This document shows, piece after piece, positions 31,229 through 45,383 of a DNA stretch of 64,000 nt. This DNA comes from the human T2T-CHM13v2.0 reference genome, Homo sapiens. The notes below the pieces were generated by a model. The model was not told where the DNA came from, searched no databases, and worked only from the letters and a program-made list of their open reading frames with translations. Within the stretch, counting starts at the first letter, position 1. Each line of letters starts with the position of its first letter. The DNA is taken from the NCBI RefSeq assembly GCF_009914755.1, contig NC_060939.1; one strand, given 5' to 3'. The position numbers were made by a program, and so were the translations under genes.

Positions 31229-33919
31229 CTAAGTTGACAGATATTGGCGTATGTAACAAGACATTCCTTTAATGAAGAGTCTTCTGTTATACCACCAGGG
31301 TGGCTGTTCCACAAAGGTAACACAGTAGGCTACTACTACTAATATTTAGAGTTTAATATGTCTCATTTTCCGTGACTGTAAGTTCCCTAAGGACAGGGTC
31401 TATTTCAAATGGTTTCTAGGTATGGCAATCCCATTCCCATGCCCACAAGTGATCCAAAGAAGGAAAACGCTAGAAAATAGTTTTCTGGGATTAAGGACTG
31501 GAAGCCCTAGATTATTTACCTGCTTCTGGAGCACAGTGAGATATCTTCTTTCTATTGTAAGAGGAATTGCATCAGCCTCTACACAACACAAAGAGAGGGA
31601 AACAGAAGGCTTTGGAGACAAACCTCAATAAGTCACGGGAGAGCAATTCTGAACATTCTCTCTGCTAACGTTCTCTCTGAACATTCTTTCTGCTATTTGA
31701 AAAGAATAAACACTCTTTTAAAGGGGTTATCATAGCTCTGTCAAGTTGTAGTCATACCCCAATGTGACTGCTTCCAACCTTCATCTGGCAGTGAGCCACA
31801 TACATGGTTGCTGGTGATTGTGAGGAATAAACAACGTAATACGTGCAGAGCATCTAGCACAGTGCTTGGCACCAAGCACACAATAAATGTTAGTTTGTAT
31901 CTCCTTACCAACTCAAAGGATGAGGTAAATGCAATATTGCCAAGTAAAGTCACAAGTTTTACTTTGGAGAATAAATTTGTGATATCTTGTAAATGATCTT
32001 CCTAGTGAACAAAGCTCCATTTCACATCATTCGAATTTTTTTAAAATTATATTTGATGAGTATTGCTTGGTCTGGGTAGCATGGATTTACTATAGGCAGA
32101 TAAATGCATATACTGTAAAGAAATAAAAAGCAACTTTACTGATCTATTTGATATGAATAACTGGGCATACCTTACAAAAAAGAATTATTTTTCCTATTAG
32201 TTTAAAATGGGGCAATCTTATACCTACTGATGTGCTCTTATTCTAAAACTGTGATAAGGACAATGACCTTAAGAATACAGTTCTAGCATACTCTTTGGCC
32301 TTTTGAGTAAGCAACAGTCACAGATACATGACATTCAAAAACTCATGGAAGTTTAAAGATAGACTAAAGAAGCCATTGCCTAAAATCCATCTAACAGAGA
32401 AGAATAGGATGCTCACACCTAGCTCAGCTAAACTGATGATGGAGGGTAAGTTATTCAGTCTTTAAAACCTTTGGTTTCTTCATTTATATAGTGTGATAAT
32501 GGTGAAAACATGCCAAATGCTCTGATTGTTAAATAAATGTAATATACCTGACAGCTCTACATGGAAATCAAATGCCAAAATCAGATGGGCCATATTTGGC
32601 AAAAATGAGATCAAAATGTAAGTCTATAGAGTCCAGTATTTGATGCGGTATGCCCTTTTACTGCTTTGCTTTCATCTGCTGGAGAAAGAATTCATTCATA
32701 TAGTCACACAATATTGACTATGATGTCCTATGATTTACAAATAATGTATTTACTATGTCTCATGATCCTAAGGACTTACAATCTACTTGGGGAGATGATG
32801 GTACAGCAGACGGAGTACTTGGCAATGCAGCACATAATAAAGTGCTAAGCCGAACTATTCTCTAACCCATTTGATATTTTTTTAAGTGATAAGATGAAGA
32901 CACAAATGTTCTACAGATCAACTTTAGGGCTGACACAAAGTTAAGGAAAATGAAACTGAATAAGTGGTCACATCAGGATCTTGACAGACTTGGCTAAAAT
33001 TTACCAAGATGAAGTTTGAATTTAGGGTGAAAAACAGAAATGCCCAATAAAATTAATAGATTATGGCTTCTTAGAAGCCAAAGTGACAAAGACTTAGGGA
33101 TTTAAAGCTCAGTAATTAGGCAGTATAATATGGAGTCAAAACAATAACTACAACAAAAAACAATGAAAATAACTAAGTGCTTTCTTTGTGCAGGGACTTA
33201 AACACATGCACTTTTAATCCTCATAACAGTTCTATAAGGTAGGTATTAGTCTTCCCATTTAATTGAGGCTCTGTTATAACAAGTAGTTTGGCCCAAGGTC
33301 ATATAGCTAATCAGTAAAAAGCAGAGTTAAGCCTGGATCTGACACTACAGCCTACACATTTTTCACTATACCATGCTGTCTGCTTTGCTTTGTGTTGATG
33401 AATGTACTTCTGTATGAAAAACTGTGTCCACAGGGACGATGAAGAGATAAGCAAGGCTGACAGAGAAGAAATAGGCACCTGGTTAGTTCCCCAGCAGAAC
33501 AACCTAAAGTAGCTCAGAGTTTACTATTTGGCCCCTGGTCCTTGTGTAACTATCAGAAATTATGAATCTTAAGTAAGTAAAAGACAACCTGGGGAAGACT
33601 CTTTTTGGTGGCCCAAGAGGTTTGCTGGTTGCCTTGTGAATTATGAACATCTACTGCTGCCTGGAAAGGGCTTGGTGATGTGGAGGGCCAGTTTAGTGCC
33701 ACCTCTCACTTTAATTACCATTGCTACTAAGTACATATACTACAAACTGGCAACACAAAGTTTTGGTACAGCTGCTTCTAGTCACAGCAGATTCATCTTC
33801 TTATTTACGTAACATGGGCCATTCTTTATGCTCAAAGAAAGTGAAAACTCCTATTTATTTTCAAATATTAAAAAGCTATGATGAACCACTATTATTAGTC
33901 TAAAGTTTTAAAAAGGCTA

Positions 33920-34258
<339 letters not shown>

Positions 34259-35334
34259 CTACCCCAAAGGAGATACAAACTGCCTTGTTTCAGGGTGATC
34301 TTTCTTGGCACTGAAAACAATTTTATTGGAGTACATTTGTTTAAATGATTGATTTTGTAATAACACATCCTGACCTAAGCCCTTTCAATGATAACTTGAA
34401 AATAATTAAAGCAGTTTTATGGCCTTTCCCTGGTTCTGATAAGAGCAAAACAACCTACTGCAGACTCAGAAAGGTTTCAAAAAGTTACATTTCCAGAAGT
34501 AGGTATAACTCTCAATTTCATGTAAAAAAAAAAAAAAAAAGCTTCTGGAAGCAAATATTCATTCACACGAAGTTGCTTAATTATAGGACAAACAAGACAT
34601 GCAACTACTGACGTACTATGTGAAGTAAAAAGATATGAACAGGATGGTAAGAAAAGAGGACAGGAAGCTGGTTTATCCACTAACAAAGAGTCAGGGCTTC
34701 AGAAGCAGTGACACGTAAGGTTTATGGCCATAGGACTCTAGGTTTCAACAGGGTAACTGTTATGAGACAGTGGCTTAAACTTATCAAATCCTCTGCTATT
34801 TATCACTGAGAAAAATTAAACAGGATATTCTAAACTAGCCTCCTTAGGTAAAAGCCATGAAATGCCACAGGAGGCAGGAAACAGCAAGGGCTAAGGTGGC
34901 AAAAGGTTCATGGAGTTGAGGGGTGGGAACCCGCTAGGGATGGAAAGATTCTGGACAGGCTGAGAACAAAGAAGTGCCCAGGGACTATGGAAAGCCCAAG
35001 GCCTGGGCAGGGATTTGTGCAGGAGAGCAACTGGAAGGAAAATGAGAAAGAGTATTTTTTGAAGTAAGCCACTGACTCATGTCCACCAGTATGCTCTTAT
35101 TCTACATTTAAATCTGAAGTGGTTACAAAATTCCTCTTGCTGTTCTCTGAGTAAACAGCATAACACTCTCCTGGCTTTAATCCTTTAGCCCTGAAAATTG
35201 AAGCTGGTTTAGAAAGTAGAGTTATGATATGGAGACTGTGCTGAGGATAGAAGAATCTTAGAGTCAATGCTGGATGCCCACAGCTCTGGGTGCTAGACTC
35301 CCTTAATAAGTAGCACTTAGTTGAAAACACAAAT

Positions 35335-35909
35335 CTATTGTGAATAGTGCCACAATAAACATACATGTGTATGTGTCTTTACAGCAGCATGATTTATAAT
35401 CCTTTGGGTATACAGCCAGTAATGGGATGGCTGGGTCAAATGGTATTTCTAGTTCTAGATCCTTGAGGAATCGCCACACTCTCTCTTGGAACCAACCCAA
35501 ATGTCCATCAATGATAGACTGGATTAAGAAAAATGTGGCACATATACACCGTGGAATACTATGCAGCCATAAAAAAGGATGAGTTCATGTCCTTTGTAGC
35601 GACATAGATGAAGCTGGAAACCATCATTCTCAGCAAACTATCGCAAGGATAGAAAACCAAACACCACATGATCTCACTCATAGGTGGGAATTGAACAATG
35701 AGAACACTTGGACACAGGGTGGGGAACATCACACACCGGGGCCTGTCGTGGGGTGGGAGGAGGGGGGAGGGATAGCATTAGGGGATATACCTAATGTAAA
35801 TGATGAGTTAATGGGTGCAGCACACCAACATGGCACATGTATACATATGTAACAAACCTGCACGTTGTGCACATGTACCCTAGAACTTAAAGTATAATTT
35901 AAAAGAAAA
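35335..35909 (+). mobile_element. Young L1PA 3' fragment with 5' inversion (twin priming)
   Basis: Inverted part ~35335-35481 and forward part ~35486-35900; 18-bp TSD gaaaacacaaatctattg at 35323 and 35910. Confidence 0.93.
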
Positions 35910-37057
35910 GAAAACACAAATCTATTGGCTTAAAGTGAGATGAAGGAACAAGCTCTTAATCCTGACCCTGTGGGTCAGCTAGTGCTGACCAGCTGCAGGG
36001 CACTGGTCTGGACTCTCAAGATTCCACAGCTCCTTTGCAAAGGAAGTGTGCTAATTCTTGCTTAGGTCTTTATAGGAACTGTGGACGCCTCTTCCATTTC
36101 CTAAACAAGAGGCAGAGATAAGCACCAGAACAACATACTCTGTCACAATGACAATAGCAGCTTTTGGGAAATAGGCATTTAATCCAGGTTACCAATCAGA
36201 GAGCTTAGTGTCATGCACGTTGAAGCCTACCAGAAAACAAAACAAAACAAAACAAAAACAAAACAAAAAACCTCCAGGTGAATTTAAGATGAACAATATA
36301 AATTATTAACAGTTATCAAAGCACTCTCCCAAAGAATCAATATCATTTCCTTTCTTATTTCAAATATTTATTATATTTCATTCCTTTCTTCCTTTCTACC
36401 TTCCTCCCTGCCAATTAACATACAGTAAGTGAAGATAACCTGCCCAGCAACACCCTGTAAATAAAGTCCATATTGATAAGGAATAGCAACCCTTCTGGGT
36501 TATAAAAACCACTATGCATGCTATAACTTGCCTGATGGGGAGCTTTCTGCTCCACAGAAAGATTTCCTGACTTAAAGAATACCTATACCATTCTTCATTA
36601 ATCTTTGTGAATAGAGGAAAGGAATCCAAATTATCTTTAATGTCAAAAGCTTGTACTTAGAAATATCTCATGTCAGGTAGCTAGCACTGTCTAAACTCTC
36701 ACTTAACATTTATAATGTAACTTTACATTATAATATACAAATATACACTATAATGAACACTTAACAGTTTACAAAGAGGTCTCATATATGTTATTTCAAC
36801 CGGTCCCATAGTAGCACCACGAGGTGAATATGATTACATTTATTTTTCCAAATAAGGAAACAGATGCAATGAAATTAAGGCACTCACTCAAATTTTCTTA
36901 GCTAGTAGCCTGGCAGAGGTAAAACTAGAACCCATGTTTGTCCTACTCCAAAGCCAATGCTATTTCTTTTTAATACAAATGCCTCTCAGAAAAAAAAGAT
37001 AACATACTCTTGGAATTTTTTTTCCTGTTGTATCCAATGGACAAATGAAGCATTTAC

Positions 37058-37363
<306 letters not shown>

Positions 37364-38030
37364 TGAACTTTTATTAAAACCTCTTATTTAAACTCTGTAA
37401 ATAAGAGTCTCCACAAAATACCCAGAAACTGCAGACGTTACAACCCAGGAACACAATACTTCTGAAACAACATTGCTGCTATACCCCAGGTGGCCAGGGA
37501 CTAAAGGGGGACTTAAGAGAACAGGAAAGCAATTTACCGTTAAAGACCAACGTGCAACTCAGTTCCCAGCAATTTGGCTGGGATGCTAGACTATGGCACT
37601 CTTCGCCTCTGACTGCTCTTCCTGTATGGTAGGAACTTCTTGCAATTTCACAGCTCAGACTTTTGCTAATGTACTTACTCACCTCTTTTTTCACATGTAA
37701 CACAGTAAGTTAGCTTTCTGTTACTATTATTTATTTTGCTCAATTTTTGGAAGCAGTTAGAATTGCTCAAGAGTTCATCAATTCTTCTTGATTTCAGATT
37801 AGAGCACATCACAGACCAAAGAGATTTCCTTTATAAGGCTTTTTAGGCTCAATTTGAGTTTCGTAAGTGACGTTGAGCACCTCTGTTTTTCTCCCTAATG
37901 GGGAGTGTAAGATTTTGGTATTCAACCCTGAATACACATACAATTTTCTTGTGGTTCTCCATATGGAAACCATAGGGCAGAAATGACTCACAAATGAAAC
38001 GTAAAAAATAGATTAAGAAACTATACTTAC

Positions 38031-38146
38031 TTAGGAGGAATTCTTAAAACTGTGTTCACATTTGTGGCTGGGACTACTGCTTGAAGGATGTGTTCAAGGG
38101 CTGTTAATCCACCAGCAGCTTGAAATGCAATCTGATCTGCCACATT
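38031..38146 (-). CDS. SCAPER: SCAPER internal coding exon (116 nt; NVADQIAFQAAGGLTALEHILQAVVPATNVNTVLRIPP + AA of K)
   Basis: Minus strand reads gctaac (branch point)...ttctgtttgtatttctgtctag|AATGTG...CCTCCTAA|gtaagt. 38 codons + 2 nt, and the peptide matches my recollection of SCAPER. Too short for the ORF track. Confidence 0.96.
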
Positions 38147-38175
38147 CTAGACAGAAATACAAACAGAAGTTAGCC
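38147..38175 (-). promoter_or_regulatory. 3' splice site with consensus branch point (CTAAC) and pyrimidine tract
   Basis: Minus strand ggCTAACttctgtttgtatttctgtctAG directly precedes the 116-nt exon. Confidence 0.85.
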
Positions 38176-38380
38176 CAATTTCCCAGGCATTAAACTATAA
38201 CCAAATGATATCTGTAGTCTGAAACATACTGATGGTTCAACTATTCTACAAATATTATTTTATAAATATTTGCTGAATGCTACTCACTGCTAATTGTTTC
38301 AGTACTAGGAAATATAGGTCAAAAGGAGTGAGCATAAAACATATGGTTGCTGTCCTCCATGAAGCTTAAAATTGGTAGAT

Positions 38381-39597
38381 GGCAAGCACAGGCAACCAAA
38401 GCAAAAATGGACAAGTGGGATCACATCAAGTTAAAAAGCTTCTGCACAGCAAAGGAAACAATCCACCAAGCAAAGAGACAACCCACAGAATGGGAGAAAA
38501 TATTTACAAACTATCTATCTGACAAGGGATTAACAACCAGAATATATAAGAGCTCAAACAACTCTGTAGGAAAAAATCTAATAATCCAATTTTAAAATGG
38601 GCAAAAAATCTGAATAGACATTTCTCAAGAGAAGACATACAGATGGCAAACAGGCATAGGAAAAGGTGCCCAACATCACTGATCATTAGAAAAATGCAAA
38701 TCAAAACTACAGTGAGATATCATCTCACCCCAGTTAAAATGTCTTTTATCCAAAGACAGGTAGTAACAAATGCTGGTGAGGATGTGGAGAGGGAACTCTC
38801 ATACACTGTTCGTGGGAATGTAAATTAGTACAATCACTATGGAGAATAGTTTGGAGATTTTTCAAAAAACTAAAAACAGAGCTGCCATATGACCCAGCAA
38901 TTCCACTGGTAGGTATATGCCCAAAAGAAAGGAGATCCATATATCTAAGAGATATCTGCTCTCCCATATTTACTACAGCACTATTCACAATATAGCCAAG
39001 AACTGGAAGCAACCTAAGTGTCCATCAGGAGATGAGTGGATAAAGAAAACGTAGTACATATATGGAATGGAGTACTATTCAGCCATAAAAAGGAATGAGA
39101 TCCTGTTATTTGCAACAACATAGATGGAAGTGGAGGTCCTTATGTTAAGTGAAATGAGCCAGGTGAAGTAAGACGAACTTCACATGTGCTCACTTATTTG
39201 TGGGAGCTAAGCATTAAAACAATTGAACTCATGGAGATAGAGAATGGAAGGATGGGTACCAGAGACTGAGAAGGGTAGTGGGGGGGACGGGGTAATGGGG
39301 AAGGAAGTGAGGGTAGTTAATGGGTACAAAACAATAGTCAGAAAGAATAAGACCTAGTACTTGATAGCCCAACAGCGTGAATATAATCAATAATAATTTA
39401 ATTGTTCATTTACAAATAACTAAAAGAATATAGTTGGATTGTTTGTAACACAAAAAATGAATGCTTTAGGTGATGGATACCCCATTTACTCAGATGTGAT
39501 TATTAAGCATTGTATGCCTATATCAAAATATCTCATGTATACCATAAATACATATATAAACTATGTACCCACAAAAATTAAAAATTAGAAAAAAAAA
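38381..39597 (+). mobile_element. L1MA (MA2/3-like) 3' segment
   Basis: ORF2 C-terminal remnant [20 protein letters not shown] and an L1MA-type 3'UTR; starts about 235 bp from the exon acceptor. Confidence 0.88.
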
Positions 39598-40216
39598 TGA
39601 GTGGCTAGGACCAACACTAATCAGATAGTTATAAATAAGGTGATTTTAATTATAAGTACCTTGAAAGATAAAAGGTTCTCTATGAGAATAATGGGGGAAT
39701 CAACTATATAATGGGGAAAGGGTCAGGATAGGCTTCTCTGAGAAAATTGAAGTTTTAAGACATGTAAAAGAAAGTGGGAAGAGAAGAAGCACTCCAGGCA
39801 AAGGAAAAAAATTATATATACATTTTTAGCAACACTTACTTAAAAATCACATCTTTATCACATTGTAATCTTAATTACCACCTAACAATATAGACTTCCA
39901 CAAAGATTCCCTCTACTAGAATATTTGTCTTCAGCAATAAAAGATAATCTAATATCTAATCATTTTAGCTGTATCCTTTTTAAAAAATACCATTTCAGCT
40001 ATTTTGGGAGAACATTAAGTAACAATTTTAGAACTAAACCTATGATTATTTCTATGCAATTTACGATCTGTATATAATTCTTGTGGGAAATAACATTTCC
40101 AAGTTATTTGCATTTCTTTGGCATGGGGAAGAGAAGAGTAATTCTATGCTACACTGTATGTTTTTAAGCACAGGTAGAATCAATGCAATATATATGTAAA
40201 AAATAAGATAGCAACT

Positions 40217-40613
40217 TATTGTGACTTGAATTGTGCCCCCCTCAAAATTCATATGTGGAGGTCCCAACCCCTAGTATTTCAGAATATAACTGTATTTGAA
40301 GAGAAGATCTTTAAAGTGGTAACTAAGTTAAAAGTGAGGCCGTTAGAGTAGGCTCTGGTCCAATATGACTGGCGTTCTTATAAGAGGAGAAAGAGACACT
40401 GGGGTTACACCTGCACAGTCAAGAAGCTACATGAGGACACAGCAAGTGGTGGCCATCCATGAGCCAAGGAGAGAGGTGTCAGGAGAAACCAAACCTGTTG
40501 ACACCTTGATCTTGGACTTCCAGCATCTAAAACCGAGGGAAAATCAATTTCTGTTGTTTAACCAACCCAGTCTGTGGCACTTTCTTATGGCAGGCCCCAA
40601 GCAAACTAATACA
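40217..40613 (+). mobile_element. MaLR solo LTR (MLT1B-like)
   Basis: tgaattgtgcccc...ccaatatgactggcgttcttataagagg...ctaataca. Confidence 0.8.
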
Positions 40614-41094
40614 ACCCCTCTATTACATCACCACCTTATATTTCTTCTAATAGCATTCCACAGCCTTGAAACGCTGAAATACTGAGGTTTTTTTTGAAAA
40701 GGGAGTAGGGAGAAGATATTAGTATATATAAGCTCTGTCAAACATATTTGCCTGATTCTCCTGGTGTTCTGAGCATTAATGACGTATCAATTATTGTCTC
40801 CAGCACATGTCTAGAGTTTAGCAGTGTAATCAAATGCTTATCTTAATCATTCAATTGCTCTTTGTGCACAATAAAATACATTTTGTGACTATAAGTTCAT
40901 TGTGAAAGCTAGACAACTCATACACTTAAGATTAAAATTAATAATTTTGTTATTAATGTAAAAATATTTCTTTGCAATAAAACTAACAATCAAAACCTGC
41001 AAAATCCAGGTACTTAGTAATTTACTTAATACTGTAATGCTGTTGTTACTGCCTCTGTTTATGCTAGGATGTCAACATATTTAGAATAATAAGC

Positions 41095-42110
41095 TCTGTA
41101 TTATCATATAATATACACAAAGAAAAGTGCACTAATCGTAATTGTACAGCTGGATGCATGAAAACAAATTGAACACATTGTGTTACAACTCCGAAATTAA
41201 AATACAAAGCTTTATAGTATGCCTTGGTATCCCTTGTGCCCATCTTATTCACTGTCTCTTCCTTGTCCCAAAATGTAAAGGTTATCCTGACTTTTAAACT
41301 CATGAATTCATTTTGCCTTCTTTTCATATCTATACCACACTTTACCCAACTGTGTCTAGCTTTTTTTGGTTGATTGCTTATTTCTAAATTCATTCATGTT
41401 GCTGCCTGTAGCAGTATTTCATTCATTTTCTTTGCTGTATATTTTCTGGATATTATTCTATATCCACTTATTTAAGTGTTTCACTGCTGATTGACATTTA
41501 GCTTGTTTCTACTTTGACACTTTGGACAACACTCCTTTAAACATTTGTGCACATGTATTTGGCACATGTGATATGCAGCTATATTGGGCATATCTAGGAG
41601 TAGAACTGCTGGGTCACAGAGTATGCATAGGTTCAGTTTTAGTAGCTATGGCCAAACAGCTTTCTAAAATATTTCAAACAATGTTTGTGGTATAGTGTTA
41701 ATTTCAGTTATTCCACATTCTCACTCAAAATTGGTTTTACCAGTCTTTTTAACTTTAGTCATTGTAATGGGTGTGTACTGGCATTTTTTTGAGGTTTTTA
41801 TTTGCTGTTTCCTGATGACCAGGCAGGTTGAACATCTTATGTTTACTGGCTGTTTGTGATTTTAAAAATTTAATTCAGGTATATCTTATAATAGGGTGAA
41901 AGGCTCAGATCTTAAATATACTGTTCAATCAAACTTGACAAATGCTTATCAAGACACATCCATTTCTATCACTCCAGAAAGTTCCCCCATGCTCCTTGTA
42001 TGGTCAATCCTTCCTCCCTGAAGCGACAACTGATTTGTTTCATAGTACCATAAGTTAGGGTTGTCTACCATAGATTTTCAAATAAGTTAAATCATATAGT
42101 ATGTATAAAT
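41095..42110 (-). mobile_element. old L1M fragments
   Basis: Degenerate antisense L1 3' sequence. Confidence 0.55.
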
Positions 42111-42800
42111 ATTTTCTGGATTTAATTTGGTAGGGACTGGCTATCCTACCAGTAGTTGTACACCAAGCCTAGGGAACTATGGAAACATCTCAAGTGTAGG
42201 GAAAATGGTAAAGGGTCAAGATGGGGATGTAAACATACACCTCCTTTCTTATATGTAAAACAAATAAGGATTCCAGATAAAATATTTTAAAACATTAAAA
42301 ATCATAACCATATTAAAAAATAAATGAAACATCTCTGTGAAACAGGGATGGAGAAGCTCCTAGCAATGCATAAGGCAAGGGTCCAATTTTTAGTAGATTC
42401 TCAAAAGAACATTTGCTCCTTTAGATTATCCCCTCTTCTTCAGCTTTCACACTGATTCAGCCTCCAAATTCTGAATATTCTACTTCTGTTACACTTCTTG
42501 CCTCTTCTATCCATGACTACTGTTGATTACCATGTCAGGACCATGTCTAGTTAGGTTCTCATGGTATCTTGTTTGAGGTATTACAGCAACCTCCTAATTA
42601 GTATCTTTGGGTCCAAGCTTACCCTAACCAGCCCATTTGCTAGAGCACTGCTTCCCAAACTCTATCGAATAAAAGCCAATTTTTTGTTTTTAAAATTTTT
42701 ACTCCATTATAGACTGACACTTTTGTGAAATACAATACAGATGAAGTACTGAACAAATGGGAAAAAATGTACTAAGTAGAAGGCCACATTTTAAAATAGT

Positions 42801-44459
42801 GTGAAAATAACCACATTGCCAAAGGCACTCTAAAAATTCAATGCAATTCCCATCAAAATGCTACCATCATTCTTCACAGAACTAGAAAAAACAATCCTAA
42901 AAATCACATGGAACCAAAAAAGAGCCTGCACAGCCCAAGCAAGACTAAACAAAAAGAACGAATCTGGAGGCATCACATTACCTGATTTCAAACTATACTA
43001 TAAGGCCACAGTCACCAAAACAGCATGGTACTGGTATAAAAATGGGCACACAGACCAACGGAACAGAACAGAGAACCCAGAAATAAACCCAAATACTTAA
43101 GAGCCAACTGGTCTTCAACAAAGCAAACAAAAAACTTAAAGTGGGTAAAGGACACCATATTCAACAAATGGTGCTGGGATAATTGGCAAGCCACATGTAG
43201 GAGAATGAAACTGGATCCTCATCTCTCACCTTATACAAAAATCAACTCAAGATGGATCAAGGACTTAAATCTAAGACCTGAAACTATAAAAATTCTAGAA
43301 GATAATATCGGAAAAACTCTTCTAGACATTGACTTAGACAAGGATTTCATGACCAAGAACCCAAAAGCAAATGCAATAAAAACAAAGATAAATAGCTGGA
43401 ATTTAATTAAACTAAAGAGCTTTTGCATGGCAAAAGGAACAGTCAGCAGAATAAACAGACAACTCACAGAGTGGGAGAAAATCTTCACAATCTATACATC
43501 CAACAAAGGACTAATATCTAGAGACTACAAGGAACTCAAATTAGCAAGAAAAATTAGCAAACAACAACAACAACAAACAAACAACCCCATCAAAACATAG
43601 GCTGAGGATATGAATAGACAATTCTCAAAAGAACATATACAAATGGCCAATAAACATATGAAAAAATGTTCAACATCACTAATAATCAGGGAAATGCAAA
43701 TCAAAACCACAATGTGATACCACCTTACTCCAGCAAGAATGGCTATTAAAAAAAATAGATGTTGGTGTGGATGCAGTGAAAAGGGAACATTTCTACATTG
43801 CTGGTGGGAATGTAAACGAGGAAAACAGTGTGAAGATTCCTTAAAGAACTAAAAGTAGAAGTACCATTTGATCCAGCAATTCCACTACTGGGCATCTACC
43901 CAGAGCAAAAGAAGTCATTATGCTAAAAAGATACTTGCTCACGCATGTTTATAGCAGCACAATTCGTGATTGCAAAAATGTGGAACCAACCCAAATGCCC
44001 ATCAATCAACAAGTGGATAAAGAAACTGGTGCGCGCGTGTGTGTGTGTGTGTGTGTGTATGCGCGCGCGCGCACGTATGGAATACTACTCAGCCATTAAA
44101 AGGAATGAATTAATGCCATTTGCAGCAGCCTGGATGGGACTGGAGACTATTATTTTAAGTGAAGTAACTCAGGGATGGAAAACCAAACATTGTATGTTCT
44201 CACTCATAAGTGGGAGCTAAGCTATGAGGATGCAAAGGCATAAGAATGATACAATGAACTCTGGGGACTCAGGGGGAAAGGGTAGGAAGAGGGTGAGGGA
44301 TAAAAGACTACAAATTTGGTTCAGTGTATACTGCTGGGGAGATGGGTGCACCAAAATCTCACAAATCACCACTTAAGAACTTACTCATGTAACCAAATAT
44401 CACCTGTTCCCCAAAAACCTATGGAATAAATAAATAAAATAAAAGAAATAAATAAAATA
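42801..44459 (+). mobile_element. 5'-truncated L1PB (PB1-like)
   Basis: ORF2 remnants 42858..43600, L1PB 3'UTR, (AAAT)n tail, TSD-like taaaatagt. Confidence 0.9.
44029..44079. repeat. Alternating purine-pyrimidine tract (GC)n(GT)n(GC)n
   Basis: Seen directly. Confidence 0.95.
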
Positions 44460-44988
44460 GTAGATGCAAAAAGACATAAAATTACTCTGTCAACTTGCAA
44501 AATTTACTCTTGATTTGTGTATTTATCTCATTATGTTTCATAACAGTGGCCTGGCAATGGCTTATGGACTCCGTTTGAGTAGTCCTGCCTTGGATACACA
44601 CTGAAGAAATACCCTAAAGAGTAAATGTCATTACATCACTCTTTGCTTAAAACACTCCAGGGACAACTTCTTCACAGTCTACAGAAAGAGATTCACGGAC
44701 CTCAGAATGATCCCTCTCCAATAGCCTCCTTCCCTGCCAGGATCCTTCCTCTCTTGTAACCAAATTCCTTATATAACCTCTACTTTTTCATGCCTCTGTG
44801 CTTTTGCATAAACTGTTCCTTTTCAGGAAGGATGATCCTCTAGTTTTTCATCTTTGTATCTCCACTAAACTCTGAGCTTGCTGATGTCAGAGACCATGTC
44901 TGCTTTATCATCATATCCCAACGACTTAGCACAGGGGACTGCACTCAGTAATTGCTCACAATGTTTGCTGAATGAGAAGGAAGGCTGA

Positions 44989-45383
<395 letters not shown>

